DNA from: Oculina patagonica
Taxonomy: Eukaryota
Direction of reading: 5' to 3'
Length of the DNA: 64,000 nucleotides
Assembly: GCF_052425735.1 (NCBI RefSeq)
Contig: NC_135758.1
Location: 46,252,001-46,316,000 of the forward strand
In this document: in pieces, positions 63,042-64,000 of the stretch
Numbering within the stretch: position 1 is the stretch's first letter
Layout of the letters: each line of letters begins with the position of its first letter
The notes under the pieces: generated by a model
Databases searched by the model: none
Seen by the model: only the letters and a program-made list of their open reading frames with translations
What the model was told of the DNA's origin: nothing
Position numbers and translations under genes: made by a program

Positions 63042-64000
63042 TTTTTATTTTTTTCCTACTTTATTTGTTTTTAAAAGAAACCTAGAAAGATTGCGTCACA
63101 AAATCTTTGTTTGTATACGCGCGCCATTTCAATGTTGAGACGATCGACGGGTTAGCAAGAGTGTAAAATGCTGTTAAGTTTGTTTTTTAGTTCAATAATA
63201 TTATAAATAGTCGCTTCGCTTAAATGAACCGTATTCACAGAAAGGTTCAGCATATTAAATCTAAACTGAAGAGATTCAATTGAAGAAATTGAAGTAGTAA
63301 ATATATCATAAATGTAAAATCGAGCCACAGCATTATCATTGAAACTAAACGTCGATTCCGGCTTCCCGATGAATGTTTTGATAAAGAACTCTGTTCGCAG
63401 GACATTAAGTTCGAGAATATCTCTGACTAAAAAATACTATCTGACTGAAGGAGAGTTTCGGTATAGCTATACACACTTGTATTTAACGAATTAATAAACC
63501 CTACGTTGATTCCCAGCATAGTTTCTTTTTGATAAACAGTGCGAAAGTGAAACTGAATGAAATGCGTAGTTTGGACGTACGGCACAATATTGCGAGAATT
63601 ATTTTGGCTGTTTTTAATTAACGAATCTCATTTTCTTGAATGATGGCAACTAGTGTTTTGTTTTGGCAAAAAAGTGGCCGATAAAAACACAGTATTTACT
63701 CAAAATTGAAGTTTAAAACCGGCGCAGCTTATCGTAATGGCGTGCAAATGATTGCGAAATGCGAAACTAGAACTTGATTTTGTCGATAAAAAAAATGAAT
63801 ACTCGCCTTTAGAAGAACTTCGAGGCCTTTAATTCCACTTCTATTCTGTCTTTTCACATTTACAACAGTTGGTGAGCGACTATTTCGATTTTGCAGAGCA
63901 AATCTTTTATGTGTCGTTCGTACAACGCTGCAAAAAGATTTCGCGCGGAAAGTACACTTGACGATTCATCTCGCAACGGATACCGCCCGCTCCCGGAACC

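Overview
AT-rich, intron-containing animal genomic DNA. The repeat style and gene type suggest a marine invertebrate, possibly a stony coral, but this is inference. Two things dominate the window. (1) A head-to-tail tandem array of minus-strand, 3-exon genes for secreted fibrinogen-related-domain (FReD/FBG, ficolin/tachylectin-5-like) proteins: four intact copies (1.0-2.5, 11.5-12.7, 22.7-25.4, 28.4-29.8 kb), one 5'-truncated pseudogene (7.1-7.9 kb), the last exon of a sixth copy (62.4-62.6 kb) and two small relics. Exon 2 is almost invariant, exon 3 (ligand-binding P subdomain) is hypervariable, and exon 1/exon 3 types are reassorted between paralogs. (2) A ~16-kb Helentron/Helitron2 (about 36676-52728, minus strand) with recognisable asymmetric terminal repeats and hairpins. 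It encodes a now-broken polyprotein of about 2,500 aa: basic leader, 2A ribosome-skipping motif (DIETNPGP), herpes-tegument-like deubiquitinase (VTD) plus a degenerate second copy, 19-aa repeats, zinc finger, HUH Rep, PIF1 helicase and AP endonuclease. The rest is transposon debris: a Tx1/L1-type LINE with a 16-bp TSD whose RT region is replaced, a Penelope GIY-YIG fragment with a minimal hammerhead ribozyme, tRNA-like repeats, many nested MITEs/fold-backs and a 27-bp minisatellite. All calls come from reading the sequence by eye; no database search was run.
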